From assembly GCA_965220085.1 (NCBI GenBank), contig CBDCOZ010000003.1, positions 608,001 to 672,000 on the forward strand: DNA of 64,000 bases, given 5' to 3'. Below the pieces are notes generated by a model. The model saw nothing but the letters and a program-made list of their open reading frames with translations, did not search any database and was not told the DNA's origin. Every line of letters begins with the position of its first letter. Positions within the stretch are counted from its first letter, which is position 1. Below are positions 60,780 to 64,000 of this stretch, piece after piece. Position numbers and translations under genes: made by a program. Origin of the DNA: Candidatus Oxydemutatoraceae bacterium. Lineage in GTDB: Bacteria > Pseudomonadota > Gammaproteobacteria > Poriferisulfidales > Oxydemutatoraceae.

Positions 60780-62619
60780 CCGTCTGTGTGTTTGCCGCGA
60801 TGGGCGCTCGGGTTTCAAAGTAGGCGTCGAGTATTTCGCGGGCGATGGATGCGGCGATAGCGCCGCTGCCGGAATTTTCACTCAGCACCACCAACGCCAC
60901 TTCCGGCTCGTCTATCGGCGCAAAAGCTATAAACATGCCGTGATCGACCAAGTGTTTTTCTATCTCTTCTTGCTCCCGCTCGTCCTCCTCGTCCGCCATG
61001 GAGATCAACTGCATGGTGCCGGTTTTGCCGGCGATCGCGTAATCAAGACCCGCGTTTATCCTGTATGCGGTACCGTTCGGCTCGTGCACGACCCTGCGCA
61101 TTGCGTCTACCACATAGTCCCAATGCGCGTCGCTTGCTTGCACTTTTTCGGTGTGTCTGACGGGTTGCTCTTGCCATTCTTTGCCGTCATGGATGGCTTT
61201 GACCAGACGCGGCACCACGCCGCGCCCGCGATTGGCGATGGCGGATGTCGCAACCGCCATTTGTAGCGGGGTGGTCAGGGTATAGCCTTGTCCGATGCCG
61301 GTGATGATGGTTTCGGCGGGCAGCCACGGTTCCCCAAGCGTTTCGTTTTTCCATTCCGGTGTCGGCACCAAACCGGCCGGTTCGGAAGGCATGTCTATTC
61401 CGGTTTTTTGTCCGAGACCGAAGCGCCGCAGAGAGTGTGACAACATGTTGATGCCCATCTTGTGCGCGGTGTCGTAGAAGAATACGTCACAGGATTGGGT
61501 GATGGAATCGCTCAGGTTCACCCAGCCGTGTCCTTCTTTGCGCCAATCGCGATAATGGCGTTCGCTGCCTTCGAGGATGTAGTGGGGCCCGGCAAACATC
61601 CGGCGATTGCGGCTGACGACCTTCTGCTCCAGCGCGGCGAGCGCGATGATCGGTTTGATCGTGGAGCCCGGCGGGTACTGTCCCGATATGGCGCGATTAA
61701 AAAAGGGCTTGAGCCGATTAGAGCGCAATGCGCGATAGTCGTCGTTGGAAAAAGAGTAAGAAAACAAGTTAGGGTCAAAAGAAGGACGGCTGACCAGCGC
61801 GAGCACATCGCCGTTGCGAGAGTCCAGCATGACCACCGCGCCGCTGTATTCGCCGAGCGCATCAAACGCCGCTTGCTGTAATTCGCTGTCTGCCGCCAGC
61901 AAGAGATCATGACCGGGCAGAGCCTTGTATTCATCGACCGTGCGGATAGGGCGGCCTTTGGCATTGACTTCTATTTTGCGGAAGCCGATTTTGCCGTGCA
62001 ATGTTTCCTCGTAAGACTTTTCAATGCCGGTTTTGCCGATGTATTGTTGGGCGCGGTAGTTGCGATAGTCGATGCGCCGCATGTCTTGTTCGCTGAGCAA
62101 ACCGACATGTCCCGCCAGGTGCGAGAACAGGCCGTGATAGGGGTAGTACCGAACGACCCGTCCGGTTATTTCCACGCCGTCCAAGCGGTGCAGGCTGACC
62201 GCAAGTTTTGCCACCTCGGTATCGTTGAGATGGGCGCGGAGGACGACGCTCTGAAAATCGGCGGTTTTCTTTCGCTTGCGATGGAAGCGCTCTATGTCTT
62301 CCTCTTTGAGGCCGATGATGGAGCCAATTTGTTTGAGGGTCGCCGGCAAATCGTCGATCAGCGCGGGGGTCAGTTCCAAACTGTGCACGGTCTTGTTGAT
62401 CGCCAGCGGTTTTCCGTTGCGGTCGTATATCAGCCCGCGCGGCGCCGGCGCCGGAGCCAACTTGAAGCGGTTGCCTTCCGCCAGAGTGCGGTAGTAGTCG
62501 TGATTGACTATCTGCAGATCAAACAGATTGACAACGATCGCCGCGACGACCGCCAGCAGCACAGCGGTAACGATCGCCACACGGTTGGAGAACAAACGTT
62601 TTTGCAGGTATTTATCCAC
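60757..62619 (-). CDS. mrdA: Penicillin-binding protein 2
   Basis: RGLIYDRNG, YPPGSTIK, SCDVFFY and KTG motifs. Confidence 0.95.
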   Translation of the reverse strand: MDKYLQKRLFSNRVAIVTAVLLAVVAAIVVNLFDLQIVNHDYYRTLAEGNRFKLAPAPAPRGLIYDRNGKPLAINKTVHSLELTPALIDDLPATLKQIGSIIGLKEEDIERFHRKRKKTADFQSVVLRAHLNDTEVAKLAVSLHRLDGVEITGRVVRYYPYHGLFSHLAGHVGLLSEQDMRRIDYRNYRAQQYIGKTGIEKSYEETLHGKIGFRKIEVNAKGRPIRTVDEYKALPGHDLLLAADSELQQAAFDALGEYSGAVVMLDSRNGDVLALVSRPSFDPNLFSYSFSNDDYRALRSNRLKPFFNRAISGQYPPGSTIKPIIALAALEQKVVSRNRRMFAGPHYILEGSERHYRDWRKEGHGWVNLSDSITQSCDVFFYDTAHKMGINMLSHSLRRFGLGQKTGIDMPSEPAGLVPTPEWKNETLGEPWLPAETIITGIGQGYTLTTPLQMAVATSAIANRGRGVVPRLVKAIHDGKEWQEQPVRHTEKVQASDAHWDYVVDAMRRVVHEPNGTAYRINAGLDYAIAGKTGTMQLISMADEEDEREQEEIEKHLVDHGMFIAFAPIDEPEVALVVLSENSGSGAIAASIAREILDAYFETRAPIAANTQTDERDVSP

Positions 62620-62634
62620 GCAGTGGATTCGCGG

Positions 62635-63165
62635 CTATTGCCCCGAATAGCGGGCTATGCAATTGCGAATTTCGGCGCACGCTTTGTCTTTGCCGGTCCA
62701 ACCGACGACTTCGACCCATTTTTCCGGTTCCAGTTTTTTATAGTATTCAAAGAAGTACACAATTTGGGCGGTGAGATTCGCCGGCAGATCATCGATGGAC
62801 TCGACATCGTCATAACCGCTGTTCATTCCTTTCAGGGGCGCCGCGATCAGTTTGAGGTCGCGTCCGGACTCGTCTTTCATGTCCAACGCATCCAGCGGGC
62901 GGCAATGTATGACAGAGCCGGTCAGCAACGGAGTCGGCGTGATGACCAGAACGTCGACCGGGTCGCCGTCTTCGGACAGGGTCTTGGGTATGAAGCCGTA
63001 ATTAGCCGGATAATGCACCGGCGCATTGATAAAGCGGTCGACGAAGATCGAGTTGGTGTCTTTGTCGACCTCGTATTTGACCGGTTCCGAATGTGCCGGG
63101 ATTTCAATGATGGCGACTATTTCCGCGGGCGGATTTTTGCCGGCGCTTAGTTTGTCAATGTCCAC
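62635..63165 (-). CDS. ppa: Inorganic pyrophosphatase
   Basis: IEIP, KYE.DK, YP.NYGFIP.T and DGDPVDV motifs. Confidence 0.96.
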   Translation of the reverse strand: MDIDKLSAGKNPPAEIVAIIEIPAHSEPVKYEVDKDTNSIFVDRFINAPVHYPANYGFIPKTLSEDGDPVDVLVITPTPLLTGSVIHCRPLDALDMKDESGRDLKLIAAPLKGMNSGYDDVESIDDLPANLTAQIVYFFEYYKKLEPEKWVEVVGWTGKDKACAEIRNCIARYSGQ

Positions 63166-63201
63166 TCGGTTATCCCGTTTGTGTTAATCGTCGCACAGCG
63201 G

Positions 63202-63528
63202 TCACGCCGATTGTTCGCTCGCGGCGCCGTCCACCATTTTTTGCAATTCGCCGTTTTGCAGCAACTCCATGATGATGTCGCAGCCGCCGACCAACTCGCC
63301 GGATATATACAGTTGCGGGAAAGTCGGCCAATCTGCGTACTGCGGAAGGGTTTGAAATACTTCCGGGTCAAGCAAGACATTGACATAAGCAAATTCGCGT
63401 CCGCACTGTTGCAGCGCCTGCGAGGCGCGGCTTGAGAAACCGCACTGCGGTAACTGCGGCGTACCCTTCATGTAGATGATGACGGGATTACTCGTAACTT
63501 GTTGTTTTATTTTGTTCAAGGCGTCCAA
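63202..63528 (-). CDS. grxD: Monothiol glutaredoxin Grx4
   Basis: MKGTP..PQCGFS, WPTFPQLY and GGCDI motifs. Confidence 0.96.
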   Translation of the reverse strand: MDALNKIKQQVTSNPVIIYMKGTPQLPQCGFSSRASQALQQCGREFAYVNVLLDPEVFQTLPQYADWPTFPQLYISGELVGGCDIIMELLQNGELQKMVDGAASEQSA

Positions 63529-63626
63529 TGGTTCACCCTCCTTGTAGTAAATACAGGTTGTTTTGATTCTCTATAATTTAGCATAGTCGGCGATGCGAAC
63601 CAAATACCCCCTCTCCGCCGCAGGGC

Positions 63627-64000
63627 GCTCGCGCTGTCGTAGCGGCCTACCTCAAATGGGGTATGCTCGCTCCCTTGTGCGCACCCTGCAACGCTCCCCT
63701 CTTCGGTACGCCGACGGGGATGGCGCGAGAGGGGAGTGTGGTTTATCCCCCTCTCCAGCGAGCGAAGCTCGCTGACTCTCCCACGAGGGGAGAGTATTGC
63801 TTGCCACAAGGAAGCGTGTTGGCGCAAGTCTTGCGATGAGATTGCTCGCGCTGTCGTAGCGGCTTACCTCAAATGGGGTATGCTCGCTCCCTTGTGCGCA
63901 CCCTGCAACGCTCCCCTCTTCGGTACGCCGACGGGGATGGCGCGAGAGGGGAGTGTGGTTTATCCCCCTCTCCAGCGAGCGAAGCTCGCTGACTCTCCCA
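63627..64000. repeat. 217-bp tandem repeat (second copy runs off the window) with REP-like hairpins and a degenerate FLEGPLR-gene 3' end
   Basis: 63627-63783 matches 63844-64000 with one mismatch; hairpins CTCCCCTCT..AGAGGGGAG, GCGAGC-GAA-GCTCGC and ACTCTCCC..GGGAGAGT. Confidence 0.9.

Overview
A GC-rich gammaproteobacterial chromosome segment, mostly housekeeping genes: dnaJ end, dapB, ssrA, proA-nadD-rsfS-yhdP, rpsF-rpsR-rplI-dnaB-alr, sppA-rluC/rne-cysS-yidD-hisI, queA-tgt-yajC-secDF, rsgA, dnaX-recR, trpS-scpAB-ilvB, rsmI/lpoA-yraN-gmhA, and grxD-ppa-mrdA-rodA-mltB-rlpA-dacA-dat-nit. Methanethiol oxidase, a GT64-like glycosyltransferase and a sulfotransferase suggest a marine, possibly invertebrate-associated symbiont (inference). 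The main discovery is a dispersed family of three paralogous secreted modular proteins at about 9.5-12.5 kb (+), 18.3-21.2 kb (+) and 40.9-42.2 kb (-). They share (i) a GCGCTTGCAAAT-N-TATAGT/TATCAT promoter module, (ii) a strong SD+ATG followed by a long poly-C tract inside a leader placed before the signal peptide, out of frame in two loci and in frame in the third, (iii) mixed-and-matched Ig/cadherin-like and PPC-like modules, and (iv) a conserved C-terminal L-x-LRLR-x-FLEGPLR* tail. Relics and tandem amplifications of this tail occur at 21.3, 40.6 and 63.6 kb, and the last predicts a fourth member just beyond the window. The window also shows frequent tandem duplication: gene 3' ends (hisI, nit) and repeat expansions in S6, ScpB and DnaX. 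All calls come from reading the sequence and remembered family motifs. No database searches were run, and homopolymer lengths could be sequencing artefacts.
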